Positions 18,357 through 27,444 of a stretch of DNA of 37,094 nt are shown piece after piece. Origin of the DNA: Nitrosomonadales bacterium (lineage in GTDB: Bacteria > Pseudomonadota > Gammaproteobacteria > Burkholderiales > SG8-41); assembly GCA_043777275.1 (NCBI GenBank), contig JAYVQD010000074.1:1-37094 (forward strand), in the 5' to 3' direction. The notes under the pieces were generated by a model that saw only the letters and a program-made list of their open reading frames with translations, did no database searches and was not told where the DNA came from. A program made the translations under genes and the position numbers. Every line of letters begins with the position of its first letter. Within the stretch, counting starts at the first letter, position 1.

Positions 18357-19130
18357 TTAGCCGGCAGCCAACCCCTTGCGCTTCATGAACTCAGGAAACG
18401 CGTCTTTGGCCTTCGCGCCGCGCAGCACGTGTGTGGTGTATTCATGCTCCGCATTGAACTGCGCTTCCAGCCCTTGCCCCATATGCTGCGACAGCAGCGC
18501 CTTCACGCCGACGACAGCCCCGCGGTGATTGGCGGCGATCATCTTGGCGATTTCCATGGTCTTTGCGCGCAGTTGCGCGCGCGGTACCAGATGGTTCAGC
18601 AACCCGATGCGGTAGGCTTCTTCGGCCTCAACGATGCGCGCGGTGAACAGCAGCTCCTTTGCCATCGGCCAGCCCACCTGATTGGGCAGGGTCCAGGTGC
18701 TGTTGATGCGGCCATAAGCCGCGGCCAGAAAGCGAAACTTCGCGCCTTCGCAGCCGATACGCATGTCGAGCGACGACACCAGCACCGCGCCGCCGCCGTA
18801 AGCCAAGCCGTTCACCATGCCGATGGTCGGCTTCGCGCACGCGCTGATCTCATAGCTGCGCTTATGATCGCGCATCTCATCCAGTTGTTCGTCTGAATAC
18901 TTCGCGTCATTCGACAATTGCTCATGGATATCGCCGCCCGCCGTGAACGCGCGATCGCCCGCGCCGGTAATCACGATGCAGCCGATGGCATCGTCCGCTT
19001 CGGCCTGCTTCACCGCGTGGTGCAGCTCCTGCCCGAGCTTGCGGTTCATCGCGTTCAGCTTCTCCGGCCGATTAAGCGTGATCAGAGCGACACCGTCTTC
19101 AATCTCAACCAGAATATGTTCGTAAGTCAT
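18357..19130 (-). CDS. Enoyl-CoA hydratase/isomerase (crotonase) family protein
   Basis: ITLNRPEKLNAM, AFTAGGDI, KPTIGMVNGLAYGGG, AEEAYRIGLLN. Confidence 0.93.
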   Translation of the reverse strand: MTYEHILVEIEDGVALITLNRPEKLNAMNRKLGQELHHAVKQAEADDAIGCIVITGAGDRAFTAGGDIHEQLSNDAKYSDEQLDEMRDHKRSYEISACAKPTIGMVNGLAYGGGAVLVSSLDMRIGCEGAKFRFLAAAYGRINSTWTLPNQVGWPMAKELLFTARIVEAEEAYRIGLLNHLVPRAQLRAKTMEIAKMIAANHRGAVVGVKALLSQHMGQGLEAQFNAEHEYTTHVLRGAKAKDAFPEFMKRKGLAAG

Positions 19131-19195
19131 GTTGCCTTTCTCCTTATATAAAAATCATGATCTGTTGATGCGTGACCCGCCTTCGCGGCGCATCG

Positions 19196-20188
19196 CTATT
19201 TTGCAAATCCCAGCTCTCGCAATAACTTCGCCGCCACGTCACGCTCGGCATCCAGCTCTTTGCGGAAGGTGGCCGAATCCGCAAACGCATCGGCCCAGCC
19301 GTATTGTTCCAGCACTTTTTTCCAGGCGTCGGTTTTCATCAGCTTGCCGAGACGATCATCCCAGAACGCAACGACTTCTCGCGGCGTGCCGGCGGGGGCG
19401 AACAAACCGCGCCAGTGCAGAATATGCATATCGATGCCCATGCCGCGCCAGTGCGGCACGCCTTTCAAGTCGCCGCCCTGCGGTGACGGCGCGGAGGTGG
19501 CGATCAGCCGCGCCTTGCCGGTTTTGACCTGCTCCATCGCCTCCGATGCCGTGGTGGAGATCACCGGCACGTGCCCGCCGAGCAACTGGATCATCAGGTT
19601 GCCGCCGCTTTTGAACGACGCGATGCGCAGCTTTTTGTAATCGGCGCCGTATTGCATCGCCGGGCGCACGATGTTGAAGTAATCGTTGCTGGGCGACGAG
19701 CCTACGCCGAAGGCCACCGAGGTTGCGTCGCCTTTGATCTGGTCGAGGATATCTTTCGCGCTGCGTTGCGGTGCATCCGCGCGCACCACCCACACCAGGT
19801 ACTCGGTGACCAGACGCGCCAGCGGCACAAAGTCGTCCGTGCCTAACGGGGTGGTGCCGAGAATTTTGTTTTGAAAAATGCGATTGCTCTCGGCGTACAG
19901 CACATGCGCGTCGCCTTTCTTCTGGTGCACGTAATTCTTGGCGGCGTCGCCTGCCGCGCCCTGTATGTTATTGATTATCATCGCCTGATCGATGAGCTTG
20001 GCTTCGTGCAGCGCGCGGTCGAGCGCGCGGGCAGCGGCGTCCAGGCCGCCACCGGCAGCGCCCGCGGCGACCACTTCAATGCGGCGCGTGGGATAGGACG
20101 ATTGCGCCCCTTGCGCTGTAAGTGGGATCGCGCCCGCCAGCAAGAAGCCCGCCAACGTCACCACGGTTACGAACTCTGCGCGTTTCAT
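19196..20188 (-). CDS. Bug/TctC family substrate-binding protein (TctC-like subtype)
   Basis: YPTRRIEVVAAGAAGGGLD, NIQGAAG, QLLGGHV, WRGLFAPAGTP. Start MKRAEF at 20188. Confidence 0.9.
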   Translation of the reverse strand: MKRAEFVTVVTLAGFLLAGAIPLTAQGAQSSYPTRRIEVVAAGAAGGGLDAAARALDRALHEAKLIDQAMIINNIQGAAGDAAKNYVHQKKGDAHVLYAESNRIFQNKILGTTPLGTDDFVPLARLVTEYLVWVVRADAPQRSAKDILDQIKGDATSVAFGVGSSPSNDYFNIVRPAMQYGADYKKLRIASFKSGGNLMIQLLGGHVPVISTTASEAMEQVKTGKARLIATSAPSPQGGDLKGVPHWRGMGIDMHILHWRGLFAPAGTPREVVAFWDDRLGKLMKTDAWKKVLEQYGWADAFADSATFRKELDAERDVAAKLLRELGFAK

Positions 20189-20276
20189 TTTCGCGTTCCA
20201 GAAAAAATCGATGTTGCTATTATAATCACGCTGACAAATCACGCTGACTTCTGCTCATACCCCAAAAAGAATTCTC

Positions 20277-21644
20277 ATGAAACCAGAAAACGCAACACTG
20301 GCCATCGCCGACCGCGTGTGCCCGATTTCGTATGCTGACCTGAATGCCGATACCGTCGAGACGGTAAAGCGGCTGATCGCCGATGGCGTGGCGGTGGCCA
20401 TCGCCGGCAGCGTTGAAGAGCCGCCGCGCATCCTCGCCGATTTCGCCGCCAATCAAGGCCGTGCGCAGCGCGCGACGGTGTGGGGGTTCGGCTTCAAAAC
20501 CACGCCGGTGGAGGCCGCGTATGTGAACGCCGCGTCCATGCACGTGCTCGATTTCGAGCCAATGTCGAATCCGCCCACGCATGCGGTGTCGCCCACGGTG
20601 CCGGTGGCGTTTGCTTTGGCGGAATCGCGCCATACCGATGGTCGCGAGATCATCGCGGCGTGCGCCAAAGGCTTTGAGATGCAGGGCCGCGTGCTGCTCG
20701 CGGCCGACCCCCAGCGCGGTTCGCTGCCGTTTCACACGCCGGGCGTGATCGGCGTGATGGGTTCCACCGTGGCGGCGGCGCATATGATGAAGTTGACCCC
20801 TATGCAACTGGCGCATGCCTTTGGCGTTGCCACGTCGCGCTGTGGCGGGTTGTCTGCCAACACCGGGTCAATGGTGAAATGCACGCACTGCGGCAGTGTG
20901 GCGGCGGCGGGCGTCGAAGCCGCAGGTCTGGCCGCGCGCGGCTTCACCGCCAACCCCGATATATTCGCTGCGCCGCGGGGCTATGTGGATACGTTTTTCA
21001 AGTCGCACTTTGATTACGATTTGCTGATGCAGTACGGCAACCCCTATCGTTGCGTCGATCCGGGCATGGCAATCAAATTTTATCCGTCGAAGTATCCGAC
21101 GCACTTTGCGATCGCGGCGGCGCTGGATGCGCGCGCTGCGGTGAGCGACACGGCGAACATCCGATCGGTGCGTATTGTCACGCCGGACATTCCCGATGCC
21201 AATCGCCCCCAGCCGCACAACGGCTTGGAAGGTAAATTCAGTTTTCAGTACGTGACCGCCGCCGCGCTGCTCGATGGCGTGATCGACCGCAACACCTTTA
21301 CCGATGAGCGGCGCTTCAGCACGGACATGACGGGGTTGCTTGGCAAAATAACGTTGCAACCGGATACGAGTATTTCCAAAGACACGCGCCAGATGCATGT
21401 GGTGATCGAGGTGACCCTGAAAGACGGCACGGTAATCAGCCGCACCTGCAGCAAGCCGCCGGGCACGTGGGGCGAGCCGATTCCCGCTGAGCTGCATCGC
21501 GCGAAGATACACGATTGCCTGAGTGTCAGACTGGCCGAGCCCAAACTCTCGCAGGTGATCGAAATGCTGGAGCATCTGGAACGGCTGGCGTCGCCGGACG
21601 TCGCGGATTTGTGCGCGCTGCTGGCGTGTAAAACAGAACAGTAG
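20277..21644 (+). CDS. MmgE/PrpD family protein
   Basis: AAYVNAASMHVLDF, GSMVKCTHCG, IKFYPS, GKFSFQY; ~455 aa. Confidence 0.9.
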   Translation: MKPENATLAIADRVCPISYADLNADTVETVKRLIADGVAVAIAGSVEEPPRILADFAANQGRAQRATVWGFGFKTTPVEAAYVNAASMHVLDFEPMSNPPTHAVSPTVPVAFALAESRHTDGREIIAACAKGFEMQGRVLLAADPQRGSLPFHTPGVIGVMGSTVAAAHMMKLTPMQLAHAFGVATSRCGGLSANTGSMVKCTHCGSVAAAGVEAAGLAARGFTANPDIFAAPRGYVDTFFKSHFDYDLLMQYGNPYRCVDPGMAIKFYPSKYPTHFAIAAALDARAAVSDTANIRSVRIVTPDIPDANRPQPHNGLEGKFSFQYVTAAALLDGVIDRNTFTDERRFSTDMTGLLGKITLQPDTSISKDTRQMHVVIEVTLKDGTVISRTCSKPPGTWGEPIPAELHRAKIHDCLSVRLAEPKLSQVIEMLEHLERLASPDVADLCALLACKTEQ

Positions 21645-21655
21645 TGGTAGGAGTG

Positions 21656-21766
21656 GTAGGTTGGGCTGAGCCTGCGAAGCCCAACACAAACGCACATCGC
21701 AAGGCAAAGAAGGACGTGCGTCGTAACGTTTTGGTGTTGGGCTTCGCAGGCTCAGCGCCAACCTAC
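21656..21766. repeat. GTAG-type REP doublet (REPIN-like inverted pair)
   Basis: Left arm GTAGGTTGGGCTGAGCCTGCGAAGCCCAACAC (21656-21687). The right arm (21734-21766) is its reverse complement with a single extra base. Each arm has an internal GTTGGGC...GCCCAAC hairpin after GTAG. Confidence 0.85.
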
Positions 21767-21794
21767 AATGCATTTTTTGGATAATGGAGTCAGC

Positions 21795-22581
21795 ATGCCC
21801 AAGGCAGCCGTAGCAGACGGTGAGATTCAATACGAAGACGCCGGTCAGGGCGAGCCGGTCATTTTCGTCAGCGGGTTGAATGGCGTGGGGCGCTATTGGG
21901 CGCCGCAAGTGCCGTTGTTCTCGCAACATTTTCGCGTGATTACCTATGACCAGCGCGGCACCGGCGGCAGTGATCAAATTCAGCGCGAATTTTCGGTCGA
22001 TCAAATGGCCGAAGAACTTATCGGGTTGATGGACGTGTTGAAGATAACGCGCGCACACATCGTCGGCATGTCCACCGGCGGCGCGATCGGGCAGACGATT
22101 GCGATTGAACATCCCGGGCGCGTGATGAAGCTCGCGCTGTGCAGCACCTGGACGCATTGTGACCCGTGGTTCCGGCGCTTGTTTCATGCGCGGCGCGACA
22201 TGTACTTGCAGGCGGGCCCCGATTTGCATTCACAGTTTCATCCGCTGTTTTTGTATTCGCCCGATTACGTCAACGCGCACGATGCCGAGATCGAAGCCGA
22301 ACGCGCGCGCGCCGACCAAATCCTCGCCCGTCGAAGTGTCGGTGGGCCGCATCAACGCGCTGCTGCAATTTGACCGCCGCGCGGGGTTGCCGACCATCAA
22401 AGCCGAGACGCTGGTGATGGGCAGCGACAGCGATTTCATTACGCCGAGTTATTTTTCCGAGGCACTGGCGCAGGCAATTCCGGGCGCGAAACTTCTCATG
22501 AGTAAAGGCGGCGGACATTCGTTTACTACCACGCGTGCGGAACAATTTAATCGTGATCTGATGAAATTTCTGCTGCAATAG
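21795..22581 (+). pseudogene. Alpha/beta hydrolase (RutD/PcaD-like), frameshifted at a CG dinucleotide run near 22302-22312
   Basis: N-part: YDQRGTG and GMSTGG nucleophile elbow. C-part in another frame: RINALLQFDRR...GSDSDFITP...GGGHSF. Adding one CG unit restores ERARAPTKS. Confidence 0.8.
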
Positions 22582-22592
22582 CAAATAAAGCC

Positions 22593-23264
22593 ATGTTAAA
22601 AAACATAATAAAAACAAATACTTACGTATTTATTGGTCTGCTGATGTCCGTGATCGCGCACGCGCACGCCGCCTCCGGCGAGGCCGTCTACAAAGCCACC
22701 TGCAACGTGTGCCATGACAGCGGCGCGGGCAATGCGCCGCGCATCACGCATCGCGCGGATTGGGAGCCGCGCTGGCAGCGCGGCCGCGCCGCCATGCATG
22801 AAGGCGGCGTCAAGGGCGTGCCGAATTCCGCGATGGGGCCCAAGGGCGGCTTCGCCAATCTGACCGACGACGAGGTGAAAGCCGCGGTCGATTACATCCT
22901 CGCGCGCACCGGTTATCAGGACAGCCTGGTCATCAAGGCAGCGCCGGTCGTGGCGCCGGTGGCCGTGGTGACCAAGCCCCAAACCAGCAGCGCGCCGGTT
23001 GCCGACCCGGTGTTGCTGCGGCAAATCGCCGAAGCGCTGCGGCAGGAATTTTCACCCGGCGCACAAATTGAAAGTGTAGACGGCAAATTGCTGGTGCGCG
23101 GCATCAACATCCGCGTCAGCGTGCGTGACAGCGTGGTGATGATCGAGGGCACGCCGGAAAAACCCGAGGTGGTCGCCCGCGCCGAACAGGTCGTCAAGTC
23201 CTTCCGTAGTGTGCAGCGGGTCGAGAATCGGCTGGTGTCGGCGGGCATGCTGGACTTCGACTGA
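22593..23264 (+). CDS. Exported c-type cytochrome (c5-like) fused to a C-terminal BON-like domain
   Basis: Signal AHA-A, CNVCH heme motif, GAGNAP, MGPKGG axial Met. Ala/Pro/Val linker, then INIRVSVRDSVVMIEG...VQRVENRL. Confidence 0.82.
   Translation: MLKNIIKTNTYVFIGLLMSVIAHAHAASGEAVYKATCNVCHDSGAGNAPRITHRADWEPRWQRGRAAMHEGGVKGVPNSAMGPKGGFANLTDDEVKAAVDYILARTGYQDSLVIKAAPVVAPVAVVTKPQTSSAPVADPVLLRQIAEALRQEFSPGAQIESVDGKLLVRGINIRVSVRDSVVMIEGTPEKPEVVARAEQVVKSFRSVQRVENRLVSAGMLDFD
22612..22624 (+). promoter_or_regulatory. IHF-like box AAACAAATACTTA
   Basis: Identical 13-mer to the copies at 9181 and 28458. Overlaps the first codons of the cytochrome ORF. Confidence 0.4.
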
Positions 23265-23935
23265 TGGACGCGATCAGACTGGTGGTGTGCGACATGGCGG
23301 GCACCTCGGTCAAGGACAGCGGCGAAGTCGCGCGCGCCTTTGAAGCCGCGCTCGCCGATCACGGTGTCGAAGCCTCGGCGCAACAAATCAGCGCGGTGCG
23401 CGGCGCATCCAAGCGCGAGGCGATTGCCACCTTGATTGCGCCGAAGTACGGCAGCGACGCGCAGCGTGTGGAGGCGGTGTATGCCTCTTTTAAATCCCAT
23501 TTACAGCGCGTGTTCACCCATGAAGCCCGGCCGGTGGCCGGCGCGGCGGAAACCTTTGCGTGGTTGCGTGAGCGCGGCATCAAACTTGCACTGAACACCG
23601 GGTTTGACCGCGACATCACCACGCTGCTGCTCGACGCACTGGGCTGGCGCGGAATGGCCGGTGCCGTGATCTGCGGCGACGACGTGAAGCAGGGCCGTCC
23701 CGCGCCGTACATGATTTTTCGCGCGATGGAATTGACTGGCATAGTGAGCGTGCGCCACGTGCTCAACGTCGGCGACACGGTGTCCGATTTGCAGGCAGCG
23801 CATAACGCCGGTGTGGCGGTGAGCGTGGGCGTGCTGTCGGGCGCACACACGCGCGAACAACTCGCGCGCGAGCCGCATTCCTGTTTGCTTGACAGCGTGG
23901 CGGATTTGCCGGGATTGTGGCGCGCTCGCGTGTAG
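23264..23935 (+). CDS. HAD-superfamily phosphonatase-like hydrolase (PhnX-like)
   Basis: DMAGT motif I, LNTGF, GRPAPYMIFRAME, VGDTVSDLQA. TGATG overlap with the upstream gene. Confidence 0.88.
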   Translation: MDAIRLVVCDMAGTSVKDSGEVARAFEAALADHGVEASAQQISAVRGASKREAIATLIAPKYGSDAQRVEAVYASFKSHLQRVFTHEARPVAGAAETFAWLRERGIKLALNTGFDRDITTLLLDALGWRGMAGAVICGDDVKQGRPAPYMIFRAMELTGIVSVRHVLNVGDTVSDLQAAHNAGVAVSVGVLSGAHTREQLAREPHSCLLDSVADLPGLWRARV

Positions 23936-23949
23936 GTCGTTAACAGGCT

Positions 23950-24675
23950 CTAACCGCGGCAACGGCCCGCGTTGGCCTCCAGCCAGCGTTCCACCCCCGG
24001 CAAATCATTCACGGTATCGGGCGCATCGCCGCCTTCCCACGCCGCCGCCGTGCGGTTGATCCACAGCGTTTGCAAACCGGCATCACGCGCGCCGCGCACG
24101 TCGAGCGTCATGTCGTCGCCGACGTGCAGCACTGCTTCGGGTTCACACGCCAGTTCGCGGCAGGCGATGTGAAACAAGGCGGCATGCGGTTTGCTCACGC
24201 CGTGGGCGTGCGCGGATATCGCGGCCTTGAAAAAATGGCCGATGCCCACGCGCGCGACATCGGCGTTTCCGTTGGTGAGCGAGGCGAGCGGCAGGCGGCG
24301 CGCGAGCCGCGCGAGGCTGTCGCGCACATCGGGGTAGAGATCGACTTCGTTGCGCGCGGTCATGAATACCTCGAGCGCGCGCTCGATCAATGCATCCGCT
24401 GCGGCGCCGGACACATTCGCCTGCTCAAAAGCCGCGTGCATGGCGATGCGCCGCAGGCGCAGAAAATCGTGATGCAGTTCGGGATGCTGATTGTAGATGG
24501 ACATGCGCAGTGCGCGCAATTGGTCTATCGACCAGAGAGCGGCGACCGCGGGTGCGTTGGCCGCCAGCCAGTCATGGGCGCGTTGCTCCGCACGGGTGAG
24601 TGTGGGGGCGGCCGGCCACAGCGTGTCGTCGAGATCGAAGGTGATGGCGCGTATGGTTCTGAGCATGTGCGGCAT
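23950..24675 (-). CDS. HAD-IA family hydrolase (YigB-like)
   Basis: ITFDLDDTLW, LTNGNAD, KPH, HVGDD...DV.GA. Confidence 0.9.
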   Translation of the reverse strand: MPHMLRTIRAITFDLDDTLWPAAPTLTRAEQRAHDWLAANAPAVAALWSIDQLRALRMSIYNQHPELHHDFLRLRRIAMHAAFEQANVSGAAADALIERALEVFMTARNEVDLYPDVRDSLARLARRLPLASLTNGNADVARVGIGHFFKAAISAHAHGVSKPHAALFHIACRELACEPEAVLHVGDDMTLDVRGARDAGLQTLWINRTAAAWEGGDAPDTVNDLPGVERWLEANAGRCRG

Positions 24676-24784
24676 TTTACGCCGGTGAGTACGCCGGTGA
24701 GTCGTTATCGTGATTGCGTGTCTTGACCGCGTTGCAGTACCTGCTTAACCTCACTGTCGAAACAATGTAGCGAGGAAATTGCGA

Positions 24785-25798
24785 ATGCGGTCAGCAGGTG
24801 CGTTTCAAGAATACCGGATCGTGGCGGGCCTGATCGCGGGACTGCTCGTGGGCGTGGGGCTGACGTGTGCGGCAACCGCCATCGCGCAGGAATATCCCGT
24901 GCGGCCGGTGCGCATCATTGCGCCCTTCGCCGCGGGCGGTGGCGCTGATCTGGCCGCGCGGCGGCTGGCTGAGCGCTTGAACAATCGTTGGAAGCAGCCG
25001 GTGGTGGTGCATAACATTGCGGGCGCTGCGGGCAACGCAGCGGCGCATGCGGTGGCGGGCAGTGAGCGCGATGGTTACACGCTGTTTTTCGCCTCGCTTC
25101 CGATACTGGTGACCAATCCATTGCTCTACGCAAAACTGCCGTTCAATGCCGAACGTGATTTTGCGCCGGTGATACTGGTGAGCGACACGCCGCATATTTT
25201 GCTGGTCAACGCGGCGTTTCGAGAGACGAAGCTATCGAAACTATCCGAGCTCATCGCGCACGCGAAAGCGCAGCCGGGCAAAGTGAATTTTGGTTCAGGC
25301 GGGCAGGGCACGTCGCTGCATCTGGCCGGAGAATTGTTCAAGGCCGTTGCCGGCATCGACATCGTGCATATTCCCTACAAGGGCGCTGCACCCGCCATCG
25401 CAGCGATGTTGGGCGACGAAATTCAGATGCTGTTCGACAACGGCGCTTCGGCGCTCGGCCACATTCGCGGCGGACGCGTGCGGGGTCTGGGCATCGCGAG
25501 CAAGGTGCGCGCCTCGGCGCTGCCGGAGGTGCCGACGTTCGACGAAGCCGGCATTGCTGATTTTTATTCCGGCGTGCCGCACGGTGTGTTCGTGGTTGCC
25601 GGTACGCCGGCGAACATCATTGCCGTGATCAATCGCGATATCAACGCCGTGTTTCAGGAACCCGAATACCGCAAAGTCGTGACGCAATCAGGCATCAACA
25701 TCGCGGGCGGCGAGCCGTCACAGTTGACGGCGTATCTCGCTGGCGAAAAAATGAAATGGCAGCCACTGATACAACGTCAGGGCATTAAGGCATTTTAA
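24785..25798 (+). CDS. Bug/TctC family substrate-binding protein
   Basis: YPVRPVRIIAPFAAGGGAD, DGYTL, FGSGGQGTSLHLAGE, HIPYKG. Start uncertain (24779 TTG or 24785 ATG). Confidence 0.92.
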   Translation: MRSAGAFQEYRIVAGLIAGLLVGVGLTCAATAIAQEYPVRPVRIIAPFAAGGGADLAARRLAERLNNRWKQPVVVHNIAGAAGNAAAHAVAGSERDGYTLFFASLPILVTNPLLYAKLPFNAERDFAPVILVSDTPHILLVNAAFRETKLSKLSELIAHAKAQPGKVNFGSGGQGTSLHLAGELFKAVAGIDIVHIPYKGAAPAIAAMLGDEIQMLFDNGASALGHIRGGRVRGLGIASKVRASALPEVPTFDEAGIADFYSGVPHGVFVVAGTPANIIAVINRDINAVFQEPEYRKVVTQSGINIAGGEPSQLTAYLAGEKMKWQPLIQRQGIKAF

Positions 25799-25810
25799 AA
25801 TATTCAATAT

Positions 25811-25823
25811 AATCAAATACTTA
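25811..25823 (+). promoter_or_regulatory. IHF box, exact match to WATCAANNNNTTR (AATCAAATACTTA)
   Basis: Full consensus match in an AT-rich intergenic spacer. Confidence 0.55.
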
Positions 25824-25840
25824 ACTAAATAAGAGAAAAC

Positions 25841-26938
25841 ATGACAAACCACGGCAAAACACGCCTCTTCGCAGGCGCAGGATTTTCGGTGTTGCAAACC
25901 GGCACCCAAATGATCGGCGGATTGTTCCGGCGTTATCCCCAGGATGCGGGCGGTGCCAGTGGAAACGAATGGGAGTCACTCACCAACGGCTTGCCGCAAA
26001 ACCCCGACGTGCGAGCGATGGTGGTGCATCCCACCCACCCCGATGTGATTTATGCCGGCACGCAGGATGGCCCCTACCGCAGTATCGACGGCGGCGATCA
26101 TTGGGAGAAGCTGGGGTTTCCAGATCGCAACGCAGCTATCTGGACGATATCGATCCACCCGACACGACATAATATTTTGTATGCAGGCACGGCGCCCGTC
26201 GCGTTGTATCGCAGCCTCGATGGCGGGGATAACTGGCATCGGCTACCCAATGCAAAGTCCCCCGCGCATTGCGAACGCGAAGGGTTCGACACACGCACCA
26301 TCCGCATTACCGCCGACCCGAATCGCCCGGATGATGTGTACGCCGCGCTGGAAGTCAGCGGTGTGATCCACAGCGCCGATGGCGGCGAAACGTGGACGGA
26401 TAAATCGGCATCGCTGATGAAATTTGCCGAGCAGCCGCGTTATCAAAGCAATGTCGGCGGGCGCCACTGCGGCCACTGCGAAGGCATGCTCGATTCGCAC
26501 GCGCTGGCGATCAGCGCAGCCGCGCCGGATACGTCGTTTCTCGCGATACGCATGGGCGTATTCCGCAGCGATGATCGTGGCGCAACGTGGCACGACACCG
26601 AGATCGGGCGCTTCTCGCCGCTGACCTATTGCCGCGATGTGATCGTGTCGCCGCACGACGCGCGCACGATGTATGCGTGCCTGTCGCCCGCGGCATTCAG
26701 CCAGGACGGCTCGCTGTATCGCAGCGACGATCTGGCGCAGAACTGGCGCCGCATCGACCACGGCATCAAAGCCGAATCAACGCTGATGTCGGTGTGCGTG
26801 CATCCGCGCGACGCCGCGCAGGTGTATAGCTTGACGCGTGCGGGGCAGGTGTTCGGCACGCAGGACGCAGGGGTATCGTGGAGCGAATACCGGCTGCCGC
26901 AGGGTGTGCATGATGTTTATGCGGTGGCGTGCAGTTAG
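25841..26938 (+). CDS. BNR/Asp-box repeat beta-propeller protein (WD40/YVTN/BNR-like)
   Basis: Repeated S.DGG..W boxes (RSIDGGDHW, RSLDGGDNW, HSADGGETW, RSDDRGATW, RSDDLAQNW, TQDAGVSW). Confidence 0.85.
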   Translation: MTNHGKTRLFAGAGFSVLQTGTQMIGGLFRRYPQDAGGASGNEWESLTNGLPQNPDVRAMVVHPTHPDVIYAGTQDGPYRSIDGGDHWEKLGFPDRNAAIWTISIHPTRHNILYAGTAPVALYRSLDGGDNWHRLPNAKSPAHCEREGFDTRTIRITADPNRPDDVYAALEVSGVIHSADGGETWTDKSASLMKFAEQPRYQSNVGGRHCGHCEGMLDSHALAISAAAPDTSFLAIRMGVFRSDDRGATWHDTEIGRFSPLTYCRDVIVSPHDARTMYACLSPAAFSQDGSLYRSDDLAQNWRRIDHGIKAESTLMSVCVHPRDAAQVYSLTRAGQVFGTQDAGVSWSEYRLPQGVHDVYAVACS

Positions 26939-26997
26939 CGCGCATGATTGATACGATTGGTGCGATTGATACATAAGGTCGCAACGGCGCAAATAAT

Positions 26998-27444
26998 ATG
27001 ATTATCGTTGAATCGCAACATTTCACCATCCTTACACCAGAACAGCCGCATGTGTCGCGCGGCGACGGCGGGCATTTGATCATCAATCCCAAGGCGGCGG
27101 TGGAAGATCGCACGCAGCTTGATCGTGAACTGGCGATAGAGCTGATGAAGCTGACCATGGTGGCGGGCGCGGCGATGAAAACCGTGTTGACCCAGCGCGG
27201 CATCGACATCGGCCGAATCAACTATCAGGACAACGGCAACTGGCGCCACGAACTGCACGTGCATCTGTATGGCCGCGCGCGCGGCGCCACGTTGCAACCC
27301 TACGGCCACTATCTTGCGTTGCCGCTCACGGCGCAGGCGTTCAAGGCGCAGGCGCCGTTGCAGCCGCTCAACGCCGACGATGTGGCCGCGCTGAAAACGG
27401 AGACAACGCACTTGCTGGCGACAGCGAAATACCAGACGTTTTAA
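26998..27444 (+). CDS. HIT family protein
   Basis: GGHLII, RINYQDNGNW and ELHVHLY histidine-triad-like motif. Confidence 0.78.
   Translation: MIIVESQHFTILTPEQPHVSRGDGGHLIINPKAAVEDRTQLDRELAIELMKLTMVAGAAMKTVLTQRGIDIGRINYQDNGNWRHELHVHLYGRARGATLQPYGHYLALPLTAQAFKAQAPLQPLNADDVAALKTETTHLLATAKYQTF

Noticed and set aside
20868-22229. Long antisense/alternate-frame ORFs (e.g. 20868..22229, 35513..36520, 5913..6779, 2690..3544, 13951..14811)
   Set aside because: Shadows of well-supported genes, expected in high-GC DNA; no family motifs.
21795-22581. Calling this rutD of a pyrimidine utilisation operon
   Set aside because: No other rut genes are nearby, and the elbow has a Ser (GMSTGG), so only a family-level call is justified.
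23264-23935. Calling this phnX and a phosphonate catabolic operon
   Set aside because: The motif is DMAGT (PhnX-like subfamily) rather than DWAGT, and there is no phnW or phn transporter in the window.
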